Below, piece after piece: positions 29,494 to 40,066 of a DNA stretch of 64,000 nt. A model generated the notes under the pieces. The model made no database searches. It had not been told where the DNA came from and worked only from the letters and a program-made list of their open reading frames with translations. The first letter of the stretch is position 1. The number at the start of each line of letters is the position of its first letter. A program made the translations under genes and the position numbers. Source of the stretch: an uncultured cyanobacterium (GTDB lineage: Bacteria > Cyanobacteriota > Cyanobacteriia > CAKZMO01); the NCBI GenBank assembly GCA_963719515.1, contig CAVRCJ010000015.1, forward strand, positions 1 to 64,000, read 5' to 3'.

Positions 29494-29580
29494 GGAGAGA
29501 TGGCCGAGTGGTTGAAGGCGCAGCACTGGAAATGCTGTTTACCCTCACGGGTAACGAGGGTTCGAATCCCTCTCTCTCCG
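29494..29580 (+). tRNA. tRNA-Ser(GGA)
   Basis: Acceptor GGAGAGA/TCTCTCC, anticodon arm CAGCA-CTGGAAA-TGCTG, long variable arm, GGTTCGAATCC; CCA not encoded. Confidence 0.97.
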
Positions 29581-29588
29581 TTCCAGCT

Positions 29589-29951
29589 TCAGGACTCGGT
29601 TTCGCGGTCGGTCTGGTCATCAGAGCTGCCAAACGACACAGGTGCGAGTGACTTCTCCATAGTCATGCGCTGCTGTGCCGCCCGCAGGAAGTAGCCATTC
29701 ATCATGGCCGACGCCAAGAGCTGGCCTAGACTTTCGCGGCTCGTGCTCACGGTGACGTCAAAGTGCTGTGGAGGAAGCCCGCCAAGCATCATCTGCAGCG
29801 TCTGCTCCATCATCTGATGCACGTCATCGTTGGGGTTAGAGAGACGAGCAATTGAGTCGGGGCCTAAAGCCTTTACGTACTGCATCAGCTCGTTTGTGGG
29901 TCCCGTCTGTTTGGCAAAAAAGCTTCCTGTAGAATTTGAAATGTCTTTCAT
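29589..29951 (-). CDS. DUF760 protein
   Basis: LGGLPPQHFDVTVSTSRESLGQLLASAMMNGYFLR. Confidence 0.9.
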   Translation of the reverse strand: MKDISNSTGSFFAKQTGPTNELMQYVKALGPDSIARLSNPNDDVHQMMEQTLQMMLGGLPPQHFDVTVSTSRESLGQLLASAMMNGYFLRAAQQRMTMEKSLAPVSFGSSDDQTDRETES

Positions 29952-30211
29952 GCTCGTTAAACCTTAATCACTGCGGTTACGTATTTCCTACTGTATCGAA
30001 GCGGGAAGTCAGCAGAGGTGTATGAGACCGAACCTATGATGGGTGGGTTTCACGAGAGTTTTGCGGGCAGTCGACCGCCAGCGAATGTGTTTGAAACATG
30101 ACATTACCGAGATTTAGGGGGTGCGGGTTCGGCTTGCCCCCTTGGGATACTCGATGAAATGCGTCATCATCAGAACTAATTCATTTTGCCGTCATTTCAA
30201 ACCTAGTTGTC

Positions 30212-31450
30212 ATGGTTCTCTCTTCCCCCGTTGCCCCAAAAACTCAAGCCGAGCAGTTTGACCAGGTGGTAATGACCACCTACGCGCGCTTTCCCATCGC
30301 CTTAGAGAAGGGAGAAGGCTGTCGCGTTTGGGACAGCGAGGGCCGAGAGTACCTTGATTTTGTGGCAGGCATTGCCACCTGCACTTTGGGCCATGCCCAC
30401 CCCGCGATGATTGAGGCCGTGACCCAGCAGATTAAGACGCTGCACCACGTCTCTAACCTTTATTACATTCCGCAGCAGGGTGAGCTAGCCCAGTGGCTTG
30501 TAGATCACTCCTGCGCCGAGCGGGTTTTCTTTTGCAACTCGGGAGCAGAGGCCAACGAAGGGGCGATTAAGCTGGCCCGTAAGTATGGCCATACCCGGCT
30601 GAATATTGAAGAGCCGATTATCATCACGGCGAACGCCAGCTTCCACGGTCGCACCCTAGCGACGATTACCGCCACCGGGCAGCCTAAGTACCAAAAGAAT
30701 TTCAATCCCCTGGTGCCCGGCTTCCACTATGTGCCCTACAACGACATCGACGCCCTAGAGACCGCGATCGCTGAGCTAGACCAGCCCCAGCGCCGGGTGG
30801 CCGCCATCATGCTAGAGCCCCTGCAGGGCGAGGGGGGCGTACGTCCAGGCGATCGCGACTACTTTGCGCGCGTCCGCGAGATTTGCGATGAGAAGGGCAT
30901 TCTGCTGATTTTGGACGAGGTGCAGGTGGGCATGGGGCGCAGCGGCCAGTACTGGGGCCATGAAGTGTTGGGCATTGAGCCCGACGTCTTTACCTCAGCT
31001 AAGGGACTGGGGGGCGGCGTCCCCATTGGGGCCATGCTCTGCAAGTCCTCCTGCGACGTACTGCAGCCGGGAGACCACGCCAGCACCTTTGGCGGCAACC
31101 CTTTTGTGTGCGGCGTTGCCCTATCGGTGTGCCGCACCCTAGATCGGGAGAACATTTTAGAGAACGTGCGTCAGCGGGGAGAGCAGCTGCGGGTGGGGCT
31201 AGAGGCGATCGTAACGGACTACCCCGAGCTGTTTGCTGAGGCGCGGGGCTGGGGGTTGATCAACGGCCTGGCGCTGCGAGAGGACGTGGAGATGAAGTCG
31301 ATTGATATCGTCAAAGCGGCGATGGCGGAAGGCCTGCTGGTGGTGCCTGCTGGCCCGAAAGTAGTGCGGTTTGTGCCGCCCCTGGTGGTGAGTGCCGAGG
31401 AAGTAGACCAGGCGATTCAGGCAATACGGCGATCGCTAGCGGCGCTGTAG
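30212..31450 (+). CDS. argD: Acetylornithine aminotransferase
   Basis: FCNSGAEANE, FHGRT, EPLQGEGG, DEVQVGMGR, AKGLGGG, STFGGNP. Confidence 0.93.
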   Translation: MVLSSPVAPKTQAEQFDQVVMTTYARFPIALEKGEGCRVWDSEGREYLDFVAGIATCTLGHAHPAMIEAVTQQIKTLHHVSNLYYIPQQGELAQWLVDHSCAERVFFCNSGAEANEGAIKLARKYGHTRLNIEEPIIITANASFHGRTLATITATGQPKYQKNFNPLVPGFHYVPYNDIDALETAIAELDQPQRRVAAIMLEPLQGEGGVRPGDRDYFARVREICDEKGILLILDEVQVGMGRSGQYWGHEVLGIEPDVFTSAKGLGGGVPIGAMLCKSSCDVLQPGDHASTFGGNPFVCGVALSVCRTLDRENILENVRQRGEQLRVGLEAIVTDYPELFAEARGWGLINGLALREDVEMKSIDIVKAAMAEGLLVVPAGPKVVRFVPPLVVSAEEVDQAIQAIRRSLAAL

Positions 31451-31535
31451 AAGAGTCTTGGCTTTGGGAGGAGTGCCGCGCCCAGCCGAGTAGCGCTAGA
31501 CTACGGGCATACTTTGATCACTTTGAAGGGCGCAC

Positions 31536-32489
31536 ATGGGGCTGGGAAGACTCGTCAACGGAGAGTGGAAAACCACGCGGGACCAGGAAGACGACAAGGG
31601 ACGCTTTGTTCGCCCCGAAACCGACTTCCATCAGTGGCTGAAGGCCGACGGCTCCGGCGCTCCCGCTGAGGCGGGACGCTACCACCTCTATGTCTCCCTG
31701 GCCTGCCCCTGGGCGCACCGCACCCTGATTATGCGGGAGCTGAAGGGCCTAACAGAGTCTATCTCCCTCTCTGTGGTCGATCCCCATATGGGAGAAGAGG
31801 GCTGGGCCTTCTCCGACTACCCCGGCGCGATCGCCGACAGCGTCAACGGGGCCAAATACCTGCGGGAGCTCTACACCAAAACAGACGCCACCATCTCAGG
31901 TCGGGTCACGGTGCCGGTGCTGTGGGACAAGCAGAAAGGCGCGATCGTCAACAACGAGTCCCGCGAAATCATCCGCATGTTTGACCACGGCTGCGGGGCG
32001 ATCGCTCAAAACAGCGTCGACCATTGCCCCGAGGATCTAAAGCAGCAGGTTGACGACACCATAGACGCCGTTTATGGGCCCGTCAACAACGGCGTGTATC
32101 GGGCCGGATTTGCCACTCAGCAGGGCGCTTACGAAGAAGCGGTCACGGAGCTATTCGACGCCTTAGACCACTGGGAGCAGGTGCTCAGCAAGCAGCGCTA
32201 TCTGTGCGGCGATCGCCTCACGGAGGCTGATATTTGCCTGTACACCACGCTGATTCGCTTCGACGTGGTGTACTACGGTCACTTCAAGTGCAACCTGCGG
32301 CACATTACCGACTACCCCAACCTGTGGGGCTACCTGCGGGACCTCTATCAGACCCCCGCCTTCAAGCGCACCACTAACTTCGACCACATCAAAACTCACT
32401 ACTACACCAGTCACCCCGGCGTGAATCCCCACGGTTTGGTGCCCAAGGGACCGGTGATCGACTTTGACAGCCCCCACGGGCGAGGCTAG
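31536..32489 (+). CDS. Glutathionyl-hydroquinone reductase (omega/Xi GST, YqjG-like)
   Basis: RYHLYVSLACPWAHRT, TVPVLWD, NNESREI, NNGVYRAGFA. Confidence 0.93.
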   Translation: MGLGRLVNGEWKTTRDQEDDKGRFVRPETDFHQWLKADGSGAPAEAGRYHLYVSLACPWAHRTLIMRELKGLTESISLSVVDPHMGEEGWAFSDYPGAIADSVNGAKYLRELYTKTDATISGRVTVPVLWDKQKGAIVNNESREIIRMFDHGCGAIAQNSVDHCPEDLKQQVDDTIDAVYGPVNNGVYRAGFATQQGAYEEAVTELFDALDHWEQVLSKQRYLCGDRLTEADICLYTTLIRFDVVYYGHFKCNLRHITDYPNLWGYLRDLYQTPAFKRTTNFDHIKTHYYTSHPGVNPHGLVPKGPVIDFDSPHGRG

Positions 32490-32621
32490 GTGTCGTACCA
32501 GATATTCGCAGCAGCGCGAGGGCGGCAGACTTCATGCCAGACTCAGCCCGGTCTTAGAATTGTAACTTAGACTGCAGGCAGCCCCAAAGAAGAGGCTGCC
32601 GTCGTTCTCAGGAAACACCTC

Positions 32622-33145
32622 ATGAAATACTCTGCCGCTCTATTAGCGCTAGCGGTCGCCACAGCCTGTAGCGCCCCTGCCCCCGACACAGCTGCCGATT
32701 CCACCGCAGACCCGCAGCCCGCTGCTGAATCTACCGAGACCGCCGGTGCCGCCAGCACTAGCAGCCCCACAGACGAGCCCGGTCGATCAGCGGTCCCGTC
32801 AAATCCGGCACCTTTGAGGCGGCGGAGCACCCAACCACGGGCACGGCGCAAATCCTGCAGGACGGTGACGAGCGCTACGTCGAATTGGGGGATGATTTTA
32901 GTACTGATGCTGGCCCCGATCTGTTTGTCGTGCTGCATCGGTCGGACGACTTCCTCAGCGTCGCTAGCCCGCCGACCTACGGCATTGAGGAGGGAGACTA
33001 CGTTTCGATCGCGCCGCTAGAGCAAATCAGCGGGACTCAGCGCTACGCCATTCCAGCATCGGTGGACGTGGATGAGTACGGTTCAGTAGCCATCTGGTGC
33101 CGCCAGTTCAACGCAACGTTTGGGGCGGCAAATTTGGGCAGTTAG
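32622..33145 (+). pseudogene. DM13-domain lipoprotein, frameshifted
   Basis: Lipoprotein signal (ATAC) in one frame; SGTFEAAEHPTTG...GPDLFV...IWCRQFNATFG in another; shift near 32775-32790. Confidence 0.7.
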
Positions 33146-33264
33146 GGCGATTTACCGCCAATAATGCGGGCCTTGACGCGTCCTTGGTGCGTCACAGTGC
33201 CTCTGGCGATCGCTCAGTAAATTTGCTAAAACCGTCGGTATAATCCAGCCATGGAGTTCCGACT

Positions 33265-34158
33265 GTGAACAACAAATCGTCAAAGCCCGCGGCGCGCACC
33301 AATTCGCACACCAATAAAGCGCCCTCTACAGTCCCGGACCCATCAACTGACGCTGTAGCGGAAGCGCCCGCCGCCCCGCCGCCCGAACTAGCCGATGGCA
33401 CAGGCTCGGCTCCTCTACCGCCTAAATTTAGCTACTCCCGCGACGAAATGCGATCGCTGCGGCGGGTGCTGGAGGAGAAAAACCTGCTGCACCTGTCGTT
33501 TTACTTTCTCGACTACTTGCTCAGAGCCCAGACGGCGCTGTTTGAGCAGATTCACTCTCAAAAAGAGCTGCCGCGCATTGTCTTTTCCATGTCCGTGCTC
33601 AGCGCCATCCTAGCCGGAATCTATGGCGTGGTGATGGGGATGTACAACGGCCCGCTTCAGGCTATAGCGTCGGGGGTGAAGCTCCCTATCCTATTCCTGC
33701 TAACCGCCCTCATTTGCATTCCATCGCTCTATACGTTTAACGTACTGCTAGGGCAAAGCTTCAAGTTTTTGCAGACGGTGACCCTAATGGTGATGACCAT
33801 CGGCACCACCACTATTTTGCTTGCTAGCCTGGCCCCCATTGCCTTTTTCTTTACGCTGACAACCCAAAACTACCAGTTCATCATGCTGCTGCATGTGCTA
33901 ATCTTTGGGCTGTGCGGTATCTATGGCGTCCGCTATCTCTACCGCGGCTGCGCCTACCTCGCGTTCCGGCTCGAGCAGCCCCTCAACACGCTGCTGCTGC
34001 GCATTTGGATTGGCATCTACGCCGTTGTGGGCATGCAGCTTGGCTGGCGGCTGCGCCCCTTCATCGGCGATGATAATTCGCCCTTCCAGCTGCTGCGCGA
34101 GCAGGGGGACGGTAACTTCTACACGGCAGTATGGCGATCTATTCAGAATTTGTTCTGA
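33265..34158 (+). CDS. Conserved membrane protein (YIP1-like)
   Basis: KLPILFLLTALICIPSLYTF, VGMQLGWRLRPF; about 5 TM helices. Confidence 0.7.
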   Translation: MNNKSSKPAARTNSHTNKAPSTVPDPSTDAVAEAPAAPPPELADGTGSAPLPPKFSYSRDEMRSLRRVLEEKNLLHLSFYFLDYLLRAQTALFEQIHSQKELPRIVFSMSVLSAILAGIYGVVMGMYNGPLQAIASGVKLPILFLLTALICIPSLYTFNVLLGQSFKFLQTVTLMVMTIGTTTILLASLAPIAFFFTLTTQNYQFIMLLHVLIFGLCGIYGVRYLYRGCAYLAFRLEQPLNTLLLRIWIGIYAVVGMQLGWRLRPFIGDDNSPFQLLREQGDGNFYTAVWRSIQNLF

Positions 34159-34669
34159 CCATTTAGCACTACTGCGACAGGTTCAACGATTAGCCTACGA
34201 TGCTTGCTACAGTCATTGATACGTGCTTTCAGCTGATAATTGAGTCAGGAGACGGCAGTCTCTGCGCAGCGGCGGTGTGGGCGATCGCCAAACTATTTTG
34301 ATACTTCCCTCAATTCAAATCCCCATTGAATTCTTGGGCAAAACGGCTGCAAATAAGGTAGCCTTCCCTACCAAATGGTCATAACGGGCGCACTTTTCAG
34401 CTATTTTACAAAATTTAACGCCGTCTAACGAAATCCTTCAAATGCCATATCCGGCCGTATTTGCAGCTTATCTGACTACGCAAAATATCGCGCTGCCTAA
34501 GCTTTCAAAATAAGCGTCAGCAGCACCTGGCTACCAGCTTACACTAATATCGACGGCGATTACGAGATCTTGCTAAGTTTCTTTCAATTTTTTACACTCG
34601 TGCTAAGTTACTCATGGCGAAGGTGCTAATACCTCAGCCATCGTCGTAGATTTTTCCCGGAACCCAATA

Positions 34670-36436
34670 ATGACAAAGACTACCTCGGCGGTTAAGGCTT
34701 TTATCGACACCTACGATAACGAGCCTTTAGCCCACCAGGATTTAGATCACGCCGTTGAAGCCATTTGTTGCAGTACCCCTTTTAGAACAGTGCTGCTTTC
34801 GCTGATCGATAACGACGCGTTTTCTAGCAATCTTGGGACGGAATTTGCTTCAGCAGAAGCGGTGGATGGTTTGTCGGCCTGTCGCCGGCTGCGGAGCTGT
34901 CTCAATTTCCCGTTGAGTACTTTTTTTGGTCTGTTCACTCAGCTCATTGCTGCTTTTGATAAGGCTGCAGGTGATGAGTGGTCTACATTCTCCGATAGGA
35001 TTTATTGTTCAAATTTGCGAGAAGATAAGCTGCTGGAGCGCCTTCTGCGCACCCCAGACGGCGAATTTTATCGGGCGTTTGCGGCTCGCCTCGTTGAGGA
35101 AAATCCCCACGCGGTTTACCCCACGTCGAGCTATCGCGAAAGCCAGGGCTACGTGGTCAGTACGGCAGGCGATCAGACCATTGAAGCGGTGGTTAGCGCC
35201 CAAACTTTCGCCTCCATCAAGCTCGTCGATCACTCCCTCGACCCAGAACAGCTGCTGCTGCGCAACATGTATATTCCGCTGGGGCGCTGCGTCTGCCTCG
35301 TTGACCAAAATGTCGAGCGCTACTACGGTGAGCAGCTTGAGCATTACTTCGACCACCACGGCATTGAGCTCGAAAAGATTGTCTACCGGGCCATGGAAGT
35401 CGACAAAGGCATCCATACCGTTGAGCGAATGCTGGGGGACTTTAAGCGGCTGGGCGTTTCTCGCAATGAGCCCGTACTCATCGTCGGCGGGGGCGTCCTG
35501 GCTGATACTGCCGGGCTGGCCTGCGCCCTGTATCACCGCAACACGCCCTACGTCATGCTCTCCACCTCCATCGTGGCGGGCATTGATGCTGGACCATCGC
35601 CGAGAACCTGCTGTGATGGCTTCGGCTACAAGAACCTGTTCGGGGCCTACCATCCGCCCGTTTTGTCCATCACCGATCGCTTTTTCTTCAAAACCCTGCG
35701 GGAAGGCTGGCTGCGCCACGGCATCATTGAGATCGTCAAGATGGCGGTGGTCAAAGACGCCGAGCTGTTTCGCAATTTAGAAGAAGCGGGGCCAGCGCTG
35801 ATTACCACCCGCTTTGGCACTACGGATTGCGAGGCCGACAGCGCCATCAGCGATCTGTCCCAGCGAATTTTGGGCGGCGCGCTGCGCAGCTACGTGGCGG
35901 CAGAGTACGGCAACCTCTACGAAACCCACCAATGCCGTCCCCACGCCTACGGCCACACCTGGTCCCCCGGGTTCGAAATTGAGGCCGGGCTGCTACATGG
36001 CCACGCGGTCTCCATCGGCATGGGCTTTGGCGCTTACCTCAGCTACCGCATGGGCTGGATTAGCAACGGCGAGTTCCGGCGGATTATGGATCTGATCAGC
36101 TCGTTTGGGCTGAGCCTCTGGCACGACATCATGCTGCGCAAAGAAACGCTGTGGTCTTCTCAGGAGAAGATCTTCCAAAAGCGAGGTCGTAACCTAGCAG
36201 TGCCGCTGCCCAAAGGCGAGATTGGTGAATGCGGCTACCTCAATGCGCTGTCACAAGAGGAGCTATACACCGCGATTGATGAATACCAGCGGGTTTGCGA
36301 AGACTACCCTCGGGGCGGGTTGGGCATCGACGCCCACTGCAGCGATGTGGGTCTAGAAGATCCGTCAACGGTGGCCCATATTCCACTGGAATCGTCTCTT
36401 TACCACGACGAGCCCGCGGCGCTGACAGGGGTGTAG
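34670..36436 (+). CDS. Sedoheptulose-7-phosphate cyclase, DDG-synthase (MysA)-like, with N-terminal extension
   Basis: DHQS fold: VGGGVLAD, STSIVAGIDAG, KNLFGAYHPP, EIVKMA, NLYETHQCRPHAYGHTWSP, LLHGHAVS. Confidence 0.85.
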   Translation: MTKTTSAVKAFIDTYDNEPLAHQDLDHAVEAICCSTPFRTVLLSLIDNDAFSSNLGTEFASAEAVDGLSACRRLRSCLNFPLSTFFGLFTQLIAAFDKAAGDEWSTFSDRIYCSNLREDKLLERLLRTPDGEFYRAFAARLVEENPHAVYPTSSYRESQGYVVSTAGDQTIEAVVSAQTFASIKLVDHSLDPEQLLLRNMYIPLGRCVCLVDQNVERYYGEQLEHYFDHHGIELEKIVYRAMEVDKGIHTVERMLGDFKRLGVSRNEPVLIVGGGVLADTAGLACALYHRNTPYVMLSTSIVAGIDAGPSPRTCCDGFGYKNLFGAYHPPVLSITDRFFFKTLREGWLRHGIIEIVKMAVVKDAELFRNLEEAGPALITTRFGTTDCEADSAISDLSQRILGGALRSYVAAEYGNLYETHQCRPHAYGHTWSPGFEIEAGLLHGHAVSIGMGFGAYLSYRMGWISNGEFRRIMDLISSFGLSLWHDIMLRKETLWSSQEKIFQKRGRNLAVPLPKGEIGECGYLNALSQEELYTAIDEYQRVCEDYPRGGLGIDAHCSDVGLEDPSTVAHIPLESSLYHDEPAALTGV

Positions 36437-37474
36437 ATGACAGGCAACATGGCAGAACCCTTTGACGTTGTCATCCCGCTTTATCGCCTGCGCTGGAATA
36501 CGCGGGCGGTGATGGAGGGACTCACGGCCCACTATGCCCCACGAGCGATTCACGTTGTGACCCCAGAGTCTCAGGTGCGATCGCTCCGAGAGCAGGCCAA
36601 AACCTGGCAAGTGTCGCCGCTCTTTGTCCATCCGGAGGAGCCGTTCTTCAAAAAAGAATGCGGCCTGTCTAAAGATGCCATTTGCGCCGAGCTAGAGCTG
36701 GGGGAATCACTGTATACCCCCGGCTGGTTTTACCAGCAGCTTTTAAAGCTCGGTGCGCCTGAGGGTATCGACACCCTCAGCGAATGGTACGTGGTTTGGG
36801 ACAGCGACCTGCTTCCCGTAGACACCTGGCCGCTGATTCGCCAGAGGCCAGATTCTCAGGGCCAAGATGATACGGAGCATGCGTTTGCGCTCCTGCAGAA
36901 TAATCAGTATGGGAACGCGCAGATCGTCGGCACCTGGGCGCGGTGGATTCGCTCGGTGCTGGGGGTAGAGCCGCTCACGGACGGAGAAGGCACCTTTATT
37001 CCCCACCATATGTGGTTTAAGCGATCGCACCTTGACTCCTTCAAGCGCCAGGTCGGCCAGTACTTTCACTCTGAAGAGAGCTGGCTGCGACTGATGATGC
37101 GATCGGCCAACGAGTTTGGCACCTTTAGCGAGTATTGGGCCTATGTGTCCTGGGTGGCGGCCAAAGCCCCAGGCGATCTGGCCTTTTATCCCTACAGCGA
37201 GTACGGCGAAACCACTGAGCGCTTTTTTGATGACGGCACAGGGCTATTTTCTGCTGCCTTGCGCAAAGATCTCCTGCCAGCGTCGCCGGCTGACAGCCCC
37301 GCCTACGAGGCGGTCGATGCCTTTATTCGCGCTCAGTATGGGGAGAATAGACCTTCGTCATTGTCTTTTGAGAGCAGCCCTCGGCACCTTAAAAAAGATA
37401 CGACGAATATGCATATTGAGGAAAGCCGATCTCGCTGGAATCCCCGCATGGCAGATACGACTTTGAGCGAGTAA
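36437..37474 (+). CDS. GT-A fold nucleotide-diphospho-sugar transferase-like protein (DUF6492-like)
   Basis: FDVVIP, GWFYQQLLKL, VVWDSD (DxD), FIPHHM, FSEYW; directly abuts the cyclase stop. Confidence 0.6.
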   Translation: MTGNMAEPFDVVIPLYRLRWNTRAVMEGLTAHYAPRAIHVVTPESQVRSLREQAKTWQVSPLFVHPEEPFFKKECGLSKDAICAELELGESLYTPGWFYQQLLKLGAPEGIDTLSEWYVVWDSDLLPVDTWPLIRQRPDSQGQDDTEHAFALLQNNQYGNAQIVGTWARWIRSVLGVEPLTDGEGTFIPHHMWFKRSHLDSFKRQVGQYFHSEESWLRLMMRSANEFGTFSEYWAYVSWVAAKAPGDLAFYPYSEYGETTERFFDDGTGLFSAALRKDLLPASPADSPAYEAVDAFIRAQYGENRPSSLSFESSPRHLKKDTTNMHIEESRSRWNPRMADTTLSE

Positions 37475-37575
37475 GGCCCTCAAAGCAGCGGCTGGAGTTG
37501 AGGGTAGGTTTGGTTTAAGCTGAACCCAGTCGAGCAGGTAAATCTCGACGCTGGACATCGATTGAGAGCAAGCCT

Positions 37576-38490
37576 ATGCCCTTCCGTCAAATTAGACAGT
37601 CCATTACCTCTGCCGCACAGGAGAGAGCTTATGAGGAAGTCATCAAAAGCCGCATTGCTCAAATTCCTATTATTCAAGAGATTGACCGTCTCAGAGCCAG
37701 CGATCGCTACCGAGACCCAAAAAGTTTAGTCCCCTTCGGAGATAAGGTCTATTCTCAAAGTGACGAAGACGGCATCATCCGAGAGATTTTCAACCGGATT
37801 GGCACAACCAACAAAATGTTTGTGGAGTTCGGTATTGGAGACGGCCTAGAGAACAATACCTTGGCCCTCCTGTTTGAAGAGTGGCAAGGGCTGTGGATCG
37901 ACGCTTCTAGCCGCTCGATCAACGCGATACAGGAGCATTTTGCTGAAGTTATCGCTGACGAACAGCTCAAAATCGTTCAGTCATTTATTACTAAAGAAAA
38001 CATCAATACGCTGATTTCGAGCCGCATCCAGGCTGATGAAATAGACCTGCTGTCGGTGGATATTGACGGCAATGACTACCACGTGCTAGACGCCATTGAC
38101 TGCGTCAGCCCCAGGGTAATTGTGGTGGAATATAATGCTAAGTTCACTCCCCCCATCTTGTACTGCATGGACTACGACGAAAGCCACTCCTGGCAAAAAG
38201 ACGATTGCTTTGGGGCATCTTTAAAGTTTTTCGAGGTGCATCTTGAGCGAAAAGGGTATTGCCTTGTGGGCTGTAACCTTTCTGGGGCAAACGCATTTTT
38301 TGTCAGACGTGACCTCGCGGGCGACCGGTTTCTAGCACCTTTCACCGCTGAGCACCATTACGAACCCCCCAGGTACTACCTCTCGGGCTATTTTGCAGGT
38401 CACCCTGCTGCCTACCAAACCTTGGCAAAGTCTCTGACGATGAGGCGCAGCCACGTCTCCCCGCAGGGCAGCAGCATGCTTATCTCTTAG
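37576..38490 (+). CDS. FkbM-like methyltransferase-fold protein
   Basis: YSQSDEDGII, FVEFGIGDG, DLLSVDIDGNDY, PRVIVVEYN, GASL, NAFFVR. Confidence 0.7.
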   Translation: MPFRQIRQSITSAAQERAYEEVIKSRIAQIPIIQEIDRLRASDRYRDPKSLVPFGDKVYSQSDEDGIIREIFNRIGTTNKMFVEFGIGDGLENNTLALLFEEWQGLWIDASSRSINAIQEHFAEVIADEQLKIVQSFITKENINTLISSRIQADEIDLLSVDIDGNDYHVLDAIDCVSPRVIVVEYNAKFTPPILYCMDYDESHSWQKDDCFGASLKFFEVHLERKGYCLVGCNLSGANAFFVRRDLAGDRFLAPFTAEHHYEPPRYYLSGYFAGHPAAYQTLAKSLTMRRSHVSPQGSSMLIS

Positions 38491-38509
38491 CCTTGATCTT
38501 TTGGCGGCC

Positions 38510-39133
38510 TTACCCCAGCTCTAGCAACCCCACAGGCGGCGTAATTTCGATGCGGCGCTGAGCCAGGTCCACAACCGGTACGATGGGCTCAACAAAGGGA
38601 ATGAACACGGTGCGAGGCTTACCCGAAGCGTCCGGGGGCGGACAGGCCACCTCTAGCAGGTCGTTTCCCGCCTCTCGAATATCCACTACGGTGCCCACTA
38701 GCTGCCCTGTTGCCTGGTGATACACCGCCAACCCCAATAGATCGCAAACGTGATACTCCCCCGCTTCTAGGGGAGGGCGATCGCCTTTGGGCACAAGCAG
38801 CCGAGCATTACGCAAAGCTTCGGCCTCGTCACGGCTCGCGACGTCTGCTAGGCAAATCACATAGAGGCCTTTGTTGGGGATGAAACGACCCGACAACAGC
38901 TCAACAGCCGTCGGCGGATTCAGGGGCACTGCTCCGGAACCGGCTTTCGGCCCCTGCTGTAGCCACCGGGTTCCGGGAACAACGAAGCGTTCTGGGAAAT
39001 CACTGCTGGGGTAAACTCGCAGCTCTCCCTGTAGACCCTGGGGGCCAACCACGCGGCCAATTTCTAGCCAGTCGCTGTTTGAATCCTGGGGAGGCTCTGA
39101 AGCAGAATTAAGGGGAGCTGTGGAGGTCATCAC
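38510..39133 (-). CDS. rimM: Ribosome maturation factor RimM
   Basis: [36 protein letters not shown]. Confidence 0.93.
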   Translation of the reverse strand: MMTSTAPLNSASEPPQDSNSDWLEIGRVVGPQGLQGELRVYPSSDFPERFVVPGTRWLQQGPKAGSGAVPLNPPTAVELLSGRFIPNKGLYVICLADVASRDEAEALRNARLLVPKGDRPPLEAGEYHVCDLLGLAVYHQATGQLVGTVVDIREAGNDLLEVACPPPDASGKPRTVFIPFVEPIVPVVDLAQRRIEITPPVGLLELG

Positions 39134-39235
39134 GAATTGAACTGAGGTAAGCGGTCCGCTGCTGGTCTAACACGAGAAAATGGTTGACATCTTCGCTTAA
39201 GCTTAGGCTAGCAGCTCAGCGGTATTGAGCAGGCA

Positions 39236-39727
39236 CTAGAACCGTAGCGGAAACGGGGAAACGGGAGGATAGACGTTGAGGGTTAGCCAGTAGCGCTTGC
39301 TGGCTTCTACCATCCGGGCTAGCGACGCGTAGTCTTTCGGCTTGACCATGTAGGAGTTCGCGCCTAGAGCATAGGCCTGCTTGATGTCGTCGTTGCGGTC
39401 TGATGAGGTCAGTACGATAACCGGAATGCGATTGATCTGGGGCTGCTCTCGAAGCCACTTCAGTACGCTGAGGCCGCTGCGGGTAGGCAGCATCAGATCT
39501 AAAAAAATTAGAATTGGCAGGGGATACTGAGCGCGATCGCTGTATTGCCCCGCGCCTGTCAGATAGTCGATCACCTCGTCTCCAGTTGGTATGACGCACA
39601 GGGGATTGTGGAGATCTGCGTTCCTAAACGCGCGCTCGAGGAGCACAGCATCATACTGATTGTCTTCAACCACCATGATGCTGTGGTGAGCCAAACGCCT
39701 TTCATCTGCCGTAGCATTCCTTACCAT
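39236..39727 (-). CDS. Single-domain response regulator (Rcp1-like)
   Basis: VVEDN, FLDLMLP, VLTSS, GANSYMVKP. Confidence 0.9.
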   Translation of the reverse strand: MVRNATADERRLAHHSIMVVEDNQYDAVLLERAFRNADLHNPLCVIPTGDEVIDYLTGAGQYSDRAQYPLPILIFLDLMLPTRSGLSVLKWLREQPQINRIPVIVLTSSDRNDDIKQAYALGANSYMVKPKDYASLARMVEASKRYWLTLNVYPPVSPFPLRF

Positions 39728-40066
39728 GACAACCTAAAATCGCTCCAGTCATAGCGCAGCAGCTGAACAAGCATACGGCGGCTTTGTCAGAAGATTGAGT
39801 CTACTCTTATCAGTCATCCCTCGTCATACTCCCGCATACCGATAAATGTGCGGTTATGACTACAAGTGTACGGTATGACTAAGCAGGCGACCAAATCAAC
39901 GCTGGCGGAAATTGGCCCTGAATATAGATCTTTAAGGCAACAGGACCCTCAACCCAATATTCCGGGGTATTGCTGCAGATTCTATGGTAGCGTCACAGCT
40001 AAGCGGCTCTCCAGCAAAGCATGCTTGGCTGACGGCTGCCGACTCACTACGCTGTGGCGCTACTAT

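Noticed and set aside
29494..29600. tRNA-Ser as an integration site
   Set aside because: No integrase and no duplicated tRNA 3' end was seen; flanking genes are housekeeping.
34926..35780. Long alternative-frame and antisense ORFs (also 49273-50016, 55140-55730)
   Set aside because: They overlap well-supported genes and have no motifs; such shadow ORFs are expected in GC-rich DNA.
38920..38960. Possible mini-repeat insertion in rimM ([10 protein letters not shown])
   Set aside because: The loop looks long, but without an orthologue alignment I cannot define boundaries.
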